Assembly (NCBI GenBank): GCA_963793425.1
Contig: CAWCAG010000005.1
Span: 1,600,001 to 1,664,000 of the forward strand
Source of the DNA: an uncultured cyanobacterium
GTDB taxonomy: Bacteria; Cyanobacteriota; Cyanobacteriia; Cyanobacteriales; CAWCAG01
Direction: 5' to 3'
DNA: 64,000 nucleotides
Each line of letters begins with the position of its first letter. The first letter of the stretch is position 1. Shown in pieces: positions 30,294 to 40,439 of the stretch. The notes beneath the pieces are model-generated. The model saw nothing but the letters and a program-made list of their open reading frames with translations, was not told where the DNA came from and searched no databases. The position numbers and the translations under genes were made by a program.

Positions 30294-31199
30294 CTATTTT
30301 ATTTTGCCAATTTCTCTTCCTACTTGTTCAATATTTTTGTAGTTAGCGTTGTTTGTTGTAATAAACTTCCCTGCACTGAAAAGGTCGAGAATTTCTTTTT
30401 CTTCTGGCACATTAGGATCTAAATCCAGGAAAGCTGCTTGTACTTTTTGGCTAAAATCTTCCCCGTATTCTTCTTCAACTTCAGGATTAATTACCCAATG
30501 ATAATCATAATAAGCGGGGGTACGCCAAATAACCTTAACTTTACTGGTATCTACTTCCCCAGCTTCAACTCGATCTTCCCATACTTGTTCATTAACTGCA
30601 CCAACTTGATAAGTGCCAGCTTCTACCAATTTAATAGTTTTGTCGTGATCTCCGGAAAAACCAACTTCTCCCTTAAAATCTTCTAACTTTACACTTGCTT
30701 GCTTAAGAAAATATTGTGGCATTAAACGCCCAGAAGTGGAAGACTCACTACCAAAAGTAAAAGTTTTATTCTTCAACTTTGATAGTTCAGAAATATCTTC
30801 AAACTTCTCTACGTTTGCTTCAGTGTTAGCAATAAAAAGACTATGAAATTCTTCATCAACATCCCGTTGTGCGATCGCCTTTGCCCCAGGTACTTGCAAT
30901 CTGGATTGAACCCCTGTCAACCCCCCAAACCAGACTAAATCTAAATCTCCTACTTTAAAAGCAGTTACCGCTGCTGTATAGTCAGTGACAGGTTTATATT
31001 CTACTGGTACATCTAGTTTTGCTTCTAAATATTCAGCTAGTTTATTATACTGACGCTGCAATTTATCTGGATCTTGATCTGGTATTCCTCCTACTACTAA
31101 AGGTTGAATTTCTCCTTCCGTTGAATTGTTAGAGGAACAAGCACTTAAGGGCAAAATTAGCAGCAACGCACTGATGATAAAAGCTTTTTTCATTACCAT
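30294..31199 (-). CDS. phnD: PhnD-family substrate-binding lipoprotein (putative selenate/phosphonate type)
   Basis: Lipobox LSAC; IPDQDP, LVWFGGLTGVQ, GSESSTSGRLMP, YYDYHW. Confidence 0.85.
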   Translation of the reverse strand: MVMKKAFIISALLLILPLSACSSNNSTEGEIQPLVVGGIPDQDPDKLQRQYNKLAEYLEAKLDVPVEYKPVTDYTAAVTAFKVGDLDLVWFGGLTGVQSRLQVPGAKAIAQRDVDEEFHSLFIANTEANVEKFEDISELSKLKNKTFTFGSESSTSGRLMPQYFLKQASVKLEDFKGEVGFSGDHDKTIKLVEAGTYQVGAVNEQVWEDRVEAGEVDTSKVKVIWRTPAYYDYHWVINPEVEEEYGEDFSQKVQAAFLDLDPNVPEEKEILDLFSAGKFITTNNANYKNIEQVGREIGKIK

Positions 31200-31309
31200 T
31201 TAATATCTATTTTTTACCAAATAAAAGAAGTTGCCATATATTATGGGTACAACAATAGTTGTTTTGTCAAATACAATTTTTCATACCTTATTGTTTTCCA
31301 TAAAAGTTT

Positions 31310-31747
31310 ATGAAGCGAATATCCCACCAGATCATTATTTTTCTAATTGCCTGGGGCTGTATCATGTCTCTCTCGTTTCTGCCAGGGAAGTCAGCTTCAA
31401 CAATACCGATGTTAGAGTTTCAACCTCCAGAAAAGGTAAACATTGCCCAGCAAATTGATTTTAAACGGCATTTTCAAGAATTAGAGATTGATGGTATAGA
31501 TCACCAAATAGATCCCGGCGATCGCTGTGATAACAACAGCTACACAAATCCTTTACCCCCAGACAAACTTCGCCGCCTTCCTGCTAATTTATTAGATGCT
31601 TTGCGCTGTTTAGAAACCAACCCAGTCTTTGCCAAAGCTTTTGGTAAACCTTTCATCGCTTCCTATTTGAAGTTAAAACAACAACAATGGCACGATTACA
31701 GTAATCAAATTACTCAGTGGGAGTTAAATAATACCCTTGATTGCTAA
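31310..31747 (+). pseudogene. In-frame chimera of a class D beta-lactamase-like leader and a glutamine synthetase (GlnT-like) C-terminus
   Basis: Signal peptide and IDFKRHFQELEIDG joined to DGIDHQIDPG...LPANLLDALRCLE...WELNNTLDC. Confidence 0.65.
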
Positions 31748-31891
31748 TAAAATACTTAAGGCAACTTTATGGTTTTTATATATGTCAATAAGAACTAAAC
31801 ATTTCTCCCATTAAAAATTACTGGAGGAAATTAATACTACTTGCAAAATGGAAATATTGAAGTATAATTTCAACCAACCTATGATTGTTCA

Positions 31892-32770
31892 GTGAAGATG
31901 CTCAGTACCGAACAAGAAGAAAAACTTACCCAAATCGGCGCTCATCTTCGACAAAGAAGACTTGAGCTAGATGTTCCCTTAGAAGATATAGCCAATCACA
32001 CGAAGATCCGCAAATATATTCTAGAAGCAATTGAGGATGCCAACCTAGAGGATTTGCCTCAAGCTGTTTATTTACCAGGTTTCATTCGTCATTATGGCAA
32101 CGCAATTAAGCTAAATGGGCAGGAATTAGCCGATGCTTTTTCCCAAGTCCCTTCTACCCCTGAAGCTTCAGAAAATCTTACCTCAGAACTATCAGTTCCT
32201 GTTGCTCCTGCCAGTAAAATTGCTCTGGGGAATCGAAGTGCGAACCTCAAACCAGCTTTAGCTATCTTACCCCTATTACTGTTAACTGTGGGGGCAATTG
32301 GAGGCGGGCTGTTCTTTTGGCAGCGTCAATCGTCCCAGAATTTGGTAAATACAGATTCTGAACCAAACAAACCAGAAGGAGAAGCTAAGCCCGGCGTGGT
32401 GGAAGGTACAGTTAAACAAGAAACTGCGCCACCAAAAGTTAAACCTAGTGCTATTCCTACCCCAGAAACAGAAGCCACTCCTGCCCCCCTAACTGCCTCA
32501 GCAACAGATGCTTTAGCTGTTAAGGTAAGTCTAGAAGGATCTTCTTGGATGCAGGTTAAAATCGACGGCAAAACCGAATTTGAGGGAACTTTAAATGAAG
32601 GAGATGAAAAAGTCTGGAAAGCTGAAAAAGAGTTAATCATTCGTTCCGGAAATGCTGGGGTAGTGAAAGTTACCCAAGGTGAACAACCAGCAAAGGTTTT
32701 AGGGCAACCAGGGGCTGTGGAAGAGGTGATTTTAACGGCAAATCAGTCATCAGTTATCAATGATCAATAA
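31892..32770 (+). CDS. rodZ: RodZ-family protein
   Basis: N-terminal HTH (IGAHLRQRR..TKIRKYILEAIE..VYLPGFIR), one TM helix, C-terminal SWMQV...RSGNAG. Confidence 0.85.
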   Translation: MKMLSTEQEEKLTQIGAHLRQRRLELDVPLEDIANHTKIRKYILEAIEDANLEDLPQAVYLPGFIRHYGNAIKLNGQELADAFSQVPSTPEASENLTSELSVPVAPASKIALGNRSANLKPALAILPLLLLTVGAIGGGLFFWQRQSSQNLVNTDSEPNKPEGEAKPGVVEGTVKQETAPPKVKPSAIPTPETEATPAPLTASATDALAVKVSLEGSSWMQVKIDGKTEFEGTLNEGDEKVWKAEKELIIRSGNAGVVKVTQGEQPAKVLGQPGAVEEVILTANQSSVINDQ

Positions 32771-32776
32771 GTAATC

Positions 32777-32876
32777 AATGATGCCTAATGGCAACGGCAA
32801 GCCGTACAATGATGTCTACGACAACGGCAAGCCGAACAGTCTATCTTCCCAGCTCCCCAGCTCCCCAGCTCCCTAT
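32777..32876. repeat. Two ~30-bp direct repeats containing mini-hairpins, followed by CTCCCCAG octamers
   Basis: aatgatgcctaatggcaacggcaagccgtac and aatgatgtctacgacaacggcaagccgaac. Confidence 0.75.
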
Positions 32877-32880
32877 CTTC

Positions 32881-33744
32881 TCAGGGTGTATCTTCCAATA
32901 CAGACTTTTGGGCGAATCTTAGTTTTGCAGAACGAGAACGGGGATTTTGTTCTATTTCTTCCGGTTGAGGGATGATTGGCTTTTTGGTGATTACCTGCAA
33001 TTGAGGAGAGTCGCGGAAACGGTGTTTAACAAGGCGATCTTCTAAGCTATGGAAGCTGATCACACCGATTCTACCATTGGGTTTTAACCAGCTAGGAGCG
33101 TTGTCGAGAAAAGTTTCCAACGATTGTAATTCTTGGTTAACGGCGATGCGTAGGGCTTGGAAAACGCGAGTTGCTGGGTGAATTCTACCATAGCGGTATT
33201 TTTTCGGGACAGTAGAGGCGATCGCCTTAGCGAGTTCGGTTGTAGTTTGGAAAGGGCGTTGTTCCACAATACGTCTGGCGATGCGCCGAGATTTTCTTTC
33301 TTCGCCATACTGGTAAAAAGTATCTGCTAAAGCTTTTTCTTGCCAATGGTTAATAATTTCTGCTGCGGTTAAAGATTGGTTGCGATCCATACGCATATCT
33401 AATGCAGCTTCGTGACGGAAACTAAAACCTCTTTCTGGGATATCAAATTGTGCTGAACTAACTCCTAAGTCAGCAATAATACCATCAAAAAGTAAGGAAC
33501 CAGGATTATATTTAGCAAAGTTTCCTTGCCAATAATTAAGCTGTTTTTCGTAAGCAGCTAAGTTATTTGAACTGGCTTTAATTGCTTCTTCATCACGATC
33601 AATAGCAGTTAATTTAACTTCCGGTGCAGCTTGTAAGATTAACTTGCTATGACCTCCTCTACCCAGGGTGGCATCTAAGTAATGTCCTCCGGGAATAATA
33701 TTTAATCCGGCAATTAATTCTTGAGGTAAAACAGGTATATGCAT
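32881..33744 (-). CDS. rsmH: 16S rRNA (C1402-N4) methyltransferase
   Basis: [46 protein letters not shown]. Confidence 0.97.
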   Translation of the reverse strand: MHIPVLPQELIAGLNIIPGGHYLDATLGRGGHSKLILQAAPEVKLTAIDRDEEAIKASSNNLAAYEKQLNYWQGNFAKYNPGSLLFDGIIADLGVSSAQFDIPERGFSFRHEAALDMRMDRNQSLTAAEIINHWQEKALADTFYQYGEERKSRRIARRIVEQRPFQTTTELAKAIASTVPKKYRYGRIHPATRVFQALRIAVNQELQSLETFLDNAPSWLKPNGRIGVISFHSLEDRLVKHRFRDSPQLQVITKKPIIPQPEEIEQNPRSRSAKLRFAQKSVLEDTP

Positions 33745-33758
33745 AGTTTAAATATGTT

Positions 33759-34042
33759 TTAGTCCTCAATTTTTTGCAGACCGAAAAACCAATTAGATTC
33801 GTATCGTTCATCTAGCCTTGGGTCAACTAGCATTGGTTGATTTATTGATGATTCCTTAATTACCACTTTTGCCCCGATGTTATTTAAACGACTGGCAAAC
33901 TTCTCTGCCAAATCTTTTTTGTATAAGCCAATAAACCCTTGGCTTCTTTTAAGCCCCAGCCACCTAATTCTCGAAAAATACGAAGCAGTGGCAAATGTTT
34001 ATTAGGAAGGGTTTCTATGACAACTTCATATTTTTTCTGCAT
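33759..34042 (-). pseudogene. Frameshifted small gene with a ribosomal L7/L12 C-terminal-like motif
   Basis: Frame 1 MQKKYEVVIE...RELGGWGLKEAKGLL; frame 2 DLAEKFASRLNNIGAKVVIKES...; shift near the T6 run at 33915-33920. Confidence 0.55.
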
Positions 34043-34687
34043 CTACACCTCTTGATCTTGAACTAATAAAAGAGCATCAATATCAGCAGCAACAATTTTT
34101 TCTAGATTAGCTGTGATTTTTTTGATATCCCAATTCCACCAAGCAATTTCTAGTAATTTATTGATAATCTCTTCTGTAAATCTTGGTTTGATTATTTTGG
34201 CAGGATTTCCTCCTACTATAGTGTAGGGCGCTACGTTATTAACTACAACAGATTTAGCAGCAATTATTGCTCCGTGACCAATTTGTACTCCAGGCATAAT
34301 AACAGATTCATAACCAATCCAGACATCATTCCCAATTACAGTATCACCTTTAAAAGGAAATTCATCATCTTTTGGGGTTACTTTTTCCCAGCCATTACCA
34401 AAGATTTGAAAAGGATAGGTAGAAAATCCTGATATTTTGTGATTAGCGCCGTTCATAATAAATTTAATGCCTCTAGCTAAGGCACAAAATTTACCGATGA
34501 TTAGTTTATCTTTGCTAAAAGAATAGTGGTAAAGTACGTTGCGTTCAAAGTTTTCTGAATCTTCTGGATCATCATAATATGTATAATCGCCAATAATAAT
34601 TTTAGGATTAGTCACTGTGTTTTTAATAAAGCAAATTTGCGGAAATCCCGCCAGAGGATGTTTTTTTCGAGGATCTGCACCGTACAA
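34043..34687 (-). CDS. Vat/CatB-family xenobiotic O-acetyltransferase
   Basis: IGDYTYYDDP, STYPF, GDTVIGNDVWIG, hexapeptide repeats, WWNW. Confidence 0.92.
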   Translation of the reverse strand: MYGADPRKKHPLAGFPQICFIKNTVTNPKIIIGDYTYYDDPEDSENFERNVLYHYSFSKDKLIIGKFCALARGIKFIMNGANHKISGFSTYPFQIFGNGWEKVTPKDDEFPFKGDTVIGNDVWIGYESVIMPGVQIGHGAIIAAKSVVVNNVAPYTIVGGNPAKIIKPRFTEEIINKLLEIAWWNWDIKKITANLEKIVAADIDALLLVQDQEV

Positions 34688-34777
34688 AATAATCTCCGGT
34701 AAGTTATCAAAATTTTAATTAAATTGTTGAGTTTGACGAGGGGAATAATAGATTGAGAAAGAATGTTGTTGTTTATT

Positions 34778-35137
34778 TTAGAATCCACAAGCTAAGGTAT
34801 CAATTATATACTTACTTTTTTCTCTGCCTACCTGTTGGTATATTTCTAAGAGTTCTTCATAAGCTGTTTCTCCACCTATAACATTCCAAAATTCGTCGCC
34901 AATCACGGCAGCCTCATCAAAGGGAAAATAATTACGTATATACGACCATTTATAATCTGCTCTAAAAAAACCATAAGGATTGTAAGTCATAGCATAGTAG
35001 CTCTGAAGTTGAGGACGATTAAGACCACGTAATAAATGAAATCTAAGTAAACGTTGTAAGACTTCTAAGCATTGTCCTTTATTCGGTTCTAAATATCCTT
35101 TAATTCGTTCGCGAGTTCGCGCACTAATAGCAGCCAT
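34778..35137 (-). pseudogene. Type II restriction endonuclease (TdeIII-like) with internal deletion
   Basis: 17-aa N-terminus joined to PNKGQ...YNPYG...IGDEFWNVIGG; only 119 aa; lies directly after a C5 methyltransferase. Confidence 0.7.
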
Positions 35138-35152
35138 AATTGTTTTAAATAT

Positions 35153-36586
35153 TTAGGTGATTATGTTTAAAAGAGATTTAGCCAGATAATAAACCACTGG
35201 GACAGAAACAGCATTGCCAAGTTGCTTTTTAGCTAAACTTTATTCTTTAGCTAAAATAAACCAATTAGGGAAACCTTGTAATCTCGCATAATCTCTCGCA
35301 GATAAAGGTTTAAATTTTTGTCTCTTATAGATTTTTTCGATAAAGTTTCTCTTATATATTTCTGGCTTTTGACATTTAAGAGAAACCGTAGCTACAAAAT
35401 CTCTAGTTCCGGTAGCTGTCAGAGTTCCAATTACTTCTGAGTGAGGTAAATAAATTTTAGCGATACCATTAATACCTGTAGAAATTTTAGAGTTGACAAA
35501 TTCATAACCCTTGGCAGGAATATAACGCAAAATATTTTTAGTTACCAAACTATCAAGTTCATTTAAAGTAAGGTCAGGAATTAATTCTTTTAATACCGAT
35601 AAATTTAAAGGATTGCCATCTTTCTCTCCATATTTTTTCTTCCGTCTATTTTTAAGAATTGTCTGACAAATACACTTTTCTTGGGGAGTAGTTGTAGTTA
35701 AATCCCAGGAATGGATAGTTGTATGTCCATCTCGTATATCAGCAAAAGTAAAAAAGTCATTTAACTCGTCATCTTTTTGAAATCTGCCGCGAGAAACAGG
35801 TTTGTTTTCGCCGAATAGTTCTTGAGGAGAAAACTTCTTTTTATTAATCTGGCTAGCTTTGATACCTTCAACAAATTGGTAAAGTTTAGGCTTTTTACCT
35901 GAAGGTAGAGGGAATTGAAAATAATTACTTTTGTTGATGTCTTTTCTAACGCCAACTACAAAGACTCTTTCTCTATCTTGAGATAAGCCAAAATCGTAGG
36001 AATTAATCACACTCCACTGTATTTGATATCCTAACTCTCGAAGACTCGTTAAAATAAAAGCAAAACTTTCTTGATGCCTTGGTTCGGTTAAACCTTTAAC
36101 ATTTTCCCAGATAAAACCCTTGGGCTGATTTGCTTTAACTATTCTAACTACGTCATGCCAGAGTTTACCTCTTGGGTCTTGAAAACCTTTGATTTTTCCG
36201 GCAATAGACCAAGGTTGACAAGGCACTCCACCTACTAATAAATCGATGTTAGTAAAGGGCAATTTTCCTAGCTTAGTAATATCTCCCAAGTTAATCTCAT
36301 CAGTATTAAAATAACTACTAAAATTGTTTTGGTAAACAGCAACAGATTTGGCGTTAATTTCTGAATAACCTAAACATTTACCACCTAACTCTTCTAAAGG
36401 AATTCTAAAACCACCAATACCAGCAAAAAGATCGACAAAGGTAAAAGAATAGCTATTTCTAATTTCTAGATTCAGGGGCTTAGCTAAATTAAACAACTCT
36501 AGCTGCTGAATTTCCTGTTCTCTTTCCGCCTTTCCTACAGTCATAATCGCAATAGGCTTATTTTCCCTCTCCATATCAATTAACAA
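35153..36586 (-). pseudogene. C5 cytosine DNA methyltransferase with a premature stop before motif X
   Basis: DLFAGIGG, PCQ, ENV, QDRER, RLQGFP; TAA at 35240-35242 is followed in frame by SLAKKQLGNAVSVPVVYYLAKSLLNIIT and a stop at 35153. Confidence 0.85.
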
Positions 36587-36669
36587 TTAGCAAATATGTT
36601 CATTCCAACATAAAAAGTGGTCATATTTTATGCTAATCGTTGATTTGGTCATTTATCGGTGAAATACAT

Positions 36670-38061
36670 ATGGTGGATCTTACTCCTAACCCCAGCTTCA
36701 GTTTAAGTATTCGCGTCAGCATTCCTAATCAGGCTGGTAGTTTGGCGCGAGTTACCCAGGCGATCGCCTCTTGTGGGGGAAATTTAGGTCAAATTTCTTT
36801 GATAGAACAAACTCGCAAAGTTTCAGTGCGAGAAATTACAGTAGATGCCTCAAGTAGTGAACACGCAGAGAAAATTGTGGAGGCGGTGCAAGCTTTACCA
36901 GACACCAAAGTATTGAAGATTTCTGATCGTACTTTTGATCTCCATCGGGGGGGCAAAATCCACATTCAAAGTAGTTTACCCCTCAAAGCCCAGTCTGACT
37001 TGGCTATGGCTTATACTCCTGGGGTAGGGCGCATTTGTAAGGCGATCGCGAACAATCCTGAAGAGGTTTATTCTTTAACGATTAAAAGCAATACCGTAGC
37101 AATTGTTACTGATGGTAGTGCTGTATTAGGGTTAGGAAACCTGGGGGCAGAAGGTGCTTTACCAGTGATGGAAGGTAAAGCCATGCTTTTCAAGGAATTT
37201 GCGGGTATTGATGCTTTCCCCATCTGTTTAGCTACCCAAGACACCGATGCCATCGTCGAAACTGTCAAAAACTTAGCCCCGGTATTTGGTGGAGTTAACT
37301 TAGAAGATATTAGCGCCCCTCGGTGTTTTGAAATTGAAAAACGTTTGCGGCGAGAATTAGATATTCCGGTTTTTCATGATGATCAACACGGCACAGCAAT
37401 TGTCGTTTTAGCCGCACTCTACAATGCCCTGAAACTGGTCAAAAAGTCCTTAGAAGAGGTAAAAATTGTCATCAATGGGGCGGGGGCTGCGGGGGTGGCG
37501 ATCGCTTCTTTATTACGCAAAGCGGGGGCCAAAACCATCTGGCTATGCGACTCCAAAGGTTTGATTTCCACCAGTCGTAATGATCTCAATCCTCAAAAAC
37601 AAGCCTTCGCCGTCGAAGCTAGCGGCACTTTAGCCGGGGCATTAAAAGAAGCAGATATTTTCCTAGGAGTAAGCGCCCCTGGAGTCTTAAGCTTAGAAAT
37701 GGTAGAGTCTATGGCGAAAGATGCCATTGTTATGGCGATGGCCAACCCAATTCCCGAAATTCAGCCAGAATTAGTAGATAATAAGGTTGCGGTTATTGCC
37801 ACCGGCCGCAGCGATTATGCCAACCAAATTAACAATGTTCTCGCCTTTCCTGGGGTTTTTCGGGGTGCATTAGACTGTCGGGCTGGGGCTTTAACCACCA
37901 ATATGTATCTAGAAGCCGCTAATGCGATCGCCTCCTTAGTTTGTCCCACAGATTTAGACAGAGAACATATAATCCCCTCTGTCTTCGACGAAAGAGTAGC
38001 CACCGCCGTAGCATCTGCTGTACAAAGGGCAGCAAGACAAGATGGGGTAGCAAAGAAGTAA
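36670..38061 (+). CDS. NAD(P)-dependent malic enzyme with N-terminal ACT domain
   Basis: AYTPGV, PVMEGKA, NLEDI, FHDDQHGT, GAGAAG, NQINNVLAFPG. Confidence 0.95.
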   Translation: MVDLTPNPSFSLSIRVSIPNQAGSLARVTQAIASCGGNLGQISLIEQTRKVSVREITVDASSSEHAEKIVEAVQALPDTKVLKISDRTFDLHRGGKIHIQSSLPLKAQSDLAMAYTPGVGRICKAIANNPEEVYSLTIKSNTVAIVTDGSAVLGLGNLGAEGALPVMEGKAMLFKEFAGIDAFPICLATQDTDAIVETVKNLAPVFGGVNLEDISAPRCFEIEKRLRRELDIPVFHDDQHGTAIVVLAALYNALKLVKKSLEEVKIVINGAGAAGVAIASLLRKAGAKTIWLCDSKGLISTSRNDLNPQKQAFAVEASGTLAGALKEADIFLGVSAPGVLSLEMVESMAKDAIVMAMANPIPEIQPELVDNKVAVIATGRSDYANQINNVLAFPGVFRGALDCRAGALTTNMYLEAANAIASLVCPTDLDREHIIPSVFDERVATAVASAVQRAARQDGVAKK

Positions 38062-38173
38062 GTTGCTAATGGCTAATTGCTAATTGCTAATTGCCAATCG
38101 CTAATCATTCTGGAAACATCTTAGTTATTTATCAGCAAAAAATGATAAATGATAAATGATAAATGATAAATGA
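38062..38173. repeat. STRR-type heptamer arrays (TTGCTAA)n and (AATGATA)x4-5
   Basis: Arrays at 38062-38105 and 38141-38173. Confidence 0.8.
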
Positions 38174-38174
38174 A

Positions 38175-39668
38175 ATGACTATCTCGAAAAAAACTAGATT
38201 CCTTGCCAACATTAAAGCGAAAAATAAAAGAGTTCGTACTGCTAGTCTTTGGTTTGAAAGGTTGATGGCAATTCTGGCTGCTATCAACCTGATTTTAGTA
38301 CTATTTGACTTAAGCTACATTCCCTTAAGAAATTTTTGGCTACAAGGCAGAATCAATGTTTTTGGGGTTTTGCTTGAAGTACCTCTTCCCCCAGTAACTG
38401 ATTGGTATGATCCCATCAAAGGTATTGAACCAGAAAGAGATACAACTACATACTTAAAGCAAGTAGAGGAATTAGAAAATCAACTAATTGGTGAAACTTT
38501 AACTTCTCCAGATGTCGCCAAAGTTCTTGAAGAACTACGTTTTAGAAGTATGGAAATGATTGATACTAATCCTTTTGAAATTGCTAATAAAACAGGGACT
38601 TTGGAAAGAATTAAAAATCGGATGCGGGAGCATATTTTCGATACAGAAGATGCTTCTTCTAAGGAAGCATTTCAGCAATTTTGGAGTCAAGAATATTTAA
38701 CTCAAAATAATGCTAAGGAAGAACTAGAGTTTTTCAACACAGAAATTCGCCCCTTAATGGAAATCAACTATTATCGCCCCATTGGTGAAAATGGGGAACC
38801 TTTTGATAGATTTGGTTTCCTTGACTTTCCTTTTGTAGTCGTTTTTGCCATAGAATTAATTGCTCGTAGTTGGTTTATTAGTCGTAGTCGGACTGGGGTT
38901 AGTTGGTTAGATGCAATATTGTGGCGGTGGTACGATATTTTTCTGTTAATTCCTGTTTTTCGGTGGTTACGTTTTATTCCTGTCACCATTCGTTTGAGCC
39001 AAGCAAGATTAATTGATCTTAATGCTATTAAAAAGCAAGCAAGTCAAGGTTTTGTGGCAGGAATTGCAGAAGATTTAACGGAGGTGGTAATTGTTAGTAC
39101 CCTCAACCAAGTTCAAGGTTCTGTTCGTCGAGGGGAAATTGCCAAAATGATATCTCGGCAAGAGGCTAATCCTTATATTGATATTAACAATACTAACGAG
39201 ACAGCAGAAATTACCAAGTTAGTAATCGAAATGTTTGTCTATCAAGTATTGCCAAAAATTAAACCGGATGTCGAAGCATTATTACAACATAATATTAGCA
39301 AAGTTTTTACTGAGTTACCGGCTCATGAAGGTATGCAAATGCTTCCGGGAGTAGAAACTATAGAAAGAAATTTAATTAAACAACTATCAGCAAGAATTTT
39401 TCAAACAATTGATAAAAGTCTCCAAGGTGCTTTAAAAAAGGATAAAGTTAATGAGGAGTTGATGGAGAATTTAATAGAAAAACTTAGTAAAGTTTTAGCT
39501 GAAGAAATTCAAGCAAAACAAACGATAGAAACTATTCAATCTTTATTAGATACTCTCATTGAAGAAATCAAAATCAATTATGTTGAGCGTCTTTCTCAAG
39601 AAGATGTTGAAGAAATTTTAGAACAAACAAGAGCTTTACGTCAAATGACTCAGAACATTGAACGTTAA
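38175..39668 (+). CDS. Cyanobacterial-type hypothetical membrane protein
   Basis: LFDLSYIPLR, YDPIKGIEP and WRWYD motifs with TM helices. Confidence 0.8.
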   Translation: MTISKKTRFLANIKAKNKRVRTASLWFERLMAILAAINLILVLFDLSYIPLRNFWLQGRINVFGVLLEVPLPPVTDWYDPIKGIEPERDTTTYLKQVEELENQLIGETLTSPDVAKVLEELRFRSMEMIDTNPFEIANKTGTLERIKNRMREHIFDTEDASSKEAFQQFWSQEYLTQNNAKEELEFFNTEIRPLMEINYYRPIGENGEPFDRFGFLDFPFVVVFAIELIARSWFISRSRTGVSWLDAILWRWYDIFLLIPVFRWLRFIPVTIRLSQARLIDLNAIKKQASQGFVAGIAEDLTEVVIVSTLNQVQGSVRRGEIAKMISRQEANPYIDINNTNETAEITKLVIEMFVYQVLPKIKPDVEALLQHNISKVFTELPAHEGMQMLPGVETIERNLIKQLSARIFQTIDKSLQGALKKDKVNEELMENLIEKLSKVLAEEIQAKQTIETIQSLLDTLIEEIKINYVERLSQEDVEEILEQTRALRQMTQNIER

Positions 39669-39730
39669 ACATTTATCATTTTAGTTTCTGGAGATGGCAA
39701 AGAGTTCGCTTAAAAGTTCTGTTTCACTTA

Positions 39731-39814
39731 TTACTTATTACTTATTACTTATTACTCATTACTTATTACTTATTACTCATTACTCATTACTCATTACTCA
39801 TTACTTATTACTCA
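39731..39814. repeat. STRR-type heptamer (TTACTYA)x12
   Basis: Twelve contiguous ttactta/ttactca units. Confidence 0.95.
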
Positions 39815-40151
39815 TTTCCTCCTTTCCCCAAGAATTAAATTGTCTTTTGAAAGGGGAATGGAAACCAATAATGATATCTGAACGTGGTACACCCATCTCT
39901 ACTAATTGTTCCGCAACAGAATCTTCTGTGCCATTATATTGCAGCCAAATTTTACCATCAATAATATCAAAGTGCATCACCGGGCCAAATACTCGCTTGT
40001 ATCCTCGCCAACCGACATAAGAAAGTTGATAATGATCATGTTCTGTATCAAAAATTAGTTGTGAATCAACCAATTCGTTGCTAGTATTAAGAGGAGCGTG
40101 TTCAGTTAAAATCTGCTTGATAAATTTTCTGTATTGTTCTATCTTATCCAC
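39801..40151 (-). CDS. xisI: XisI-family protein (C-terminus runs into the repeat)
   Basis: LIFDTEHDHYQL..VGW....RVFG...HFDIIDGKIWLQYNGTE..L.EMGVP..DI.IGF. Confidence 0.9.
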   Translation of the reverse strand: MDKIEQYRKFIKQILTEHAPLNTSNELVDSQLIFDTEHDHYQLSYVGWRGYKRVFGPVMHFDIIDGKIWLQYNGTEDSVAEQLVEMGVPRSDIIIGFHSPFKRQFNSWGKEEMSNK

Positions 40152-40251
40152 TGCTTAATCTCCTCTTTTACCGGATCATAAGTTAATAAGTTAATTTGAT
40201 AACGTTTGATGCTACGTTGAACAAAAGGAAATGGAAAATATCTTTAGCCAT
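40139..40251 (-). pseudogene. xisH: xisH remnant with most of the gene deleted
   Basis: MAKDIFH start joined out of frame to FPFVQRSIKRYQINLLTYDPVKEEIKQWIR, overlapping the xisI start as in xisH-xisI pairs. Confidence 0.8.
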
Positions 40252-40439
40252 CTACTTTAGCTTCTACTTTCCTTTGCATATCTATGATACCAAACAAGCT
40301 TTATTAGTGATCTAATCAATCTAAACATAGTTTAGTTAAGAATTTTATCTTCGAGGTTTTTTAACTGTCACAGAAGTATAAAAGCCAACAACAACTAGAG
40401 GTAAGCTTACAACTACATAAGCATTACTTGAATAAGATC

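Noticed and set aside
32777..32837. Possible mini-CRISPR
   Set aside because: Two adjacent units with no spacer and no cas genes; no CRISPR array was seen anywhere in the window
39694..40020. 108-aa ORF with LLITHY repeats
   Set aside because: Translation of the heptamer array, antisense to xisI
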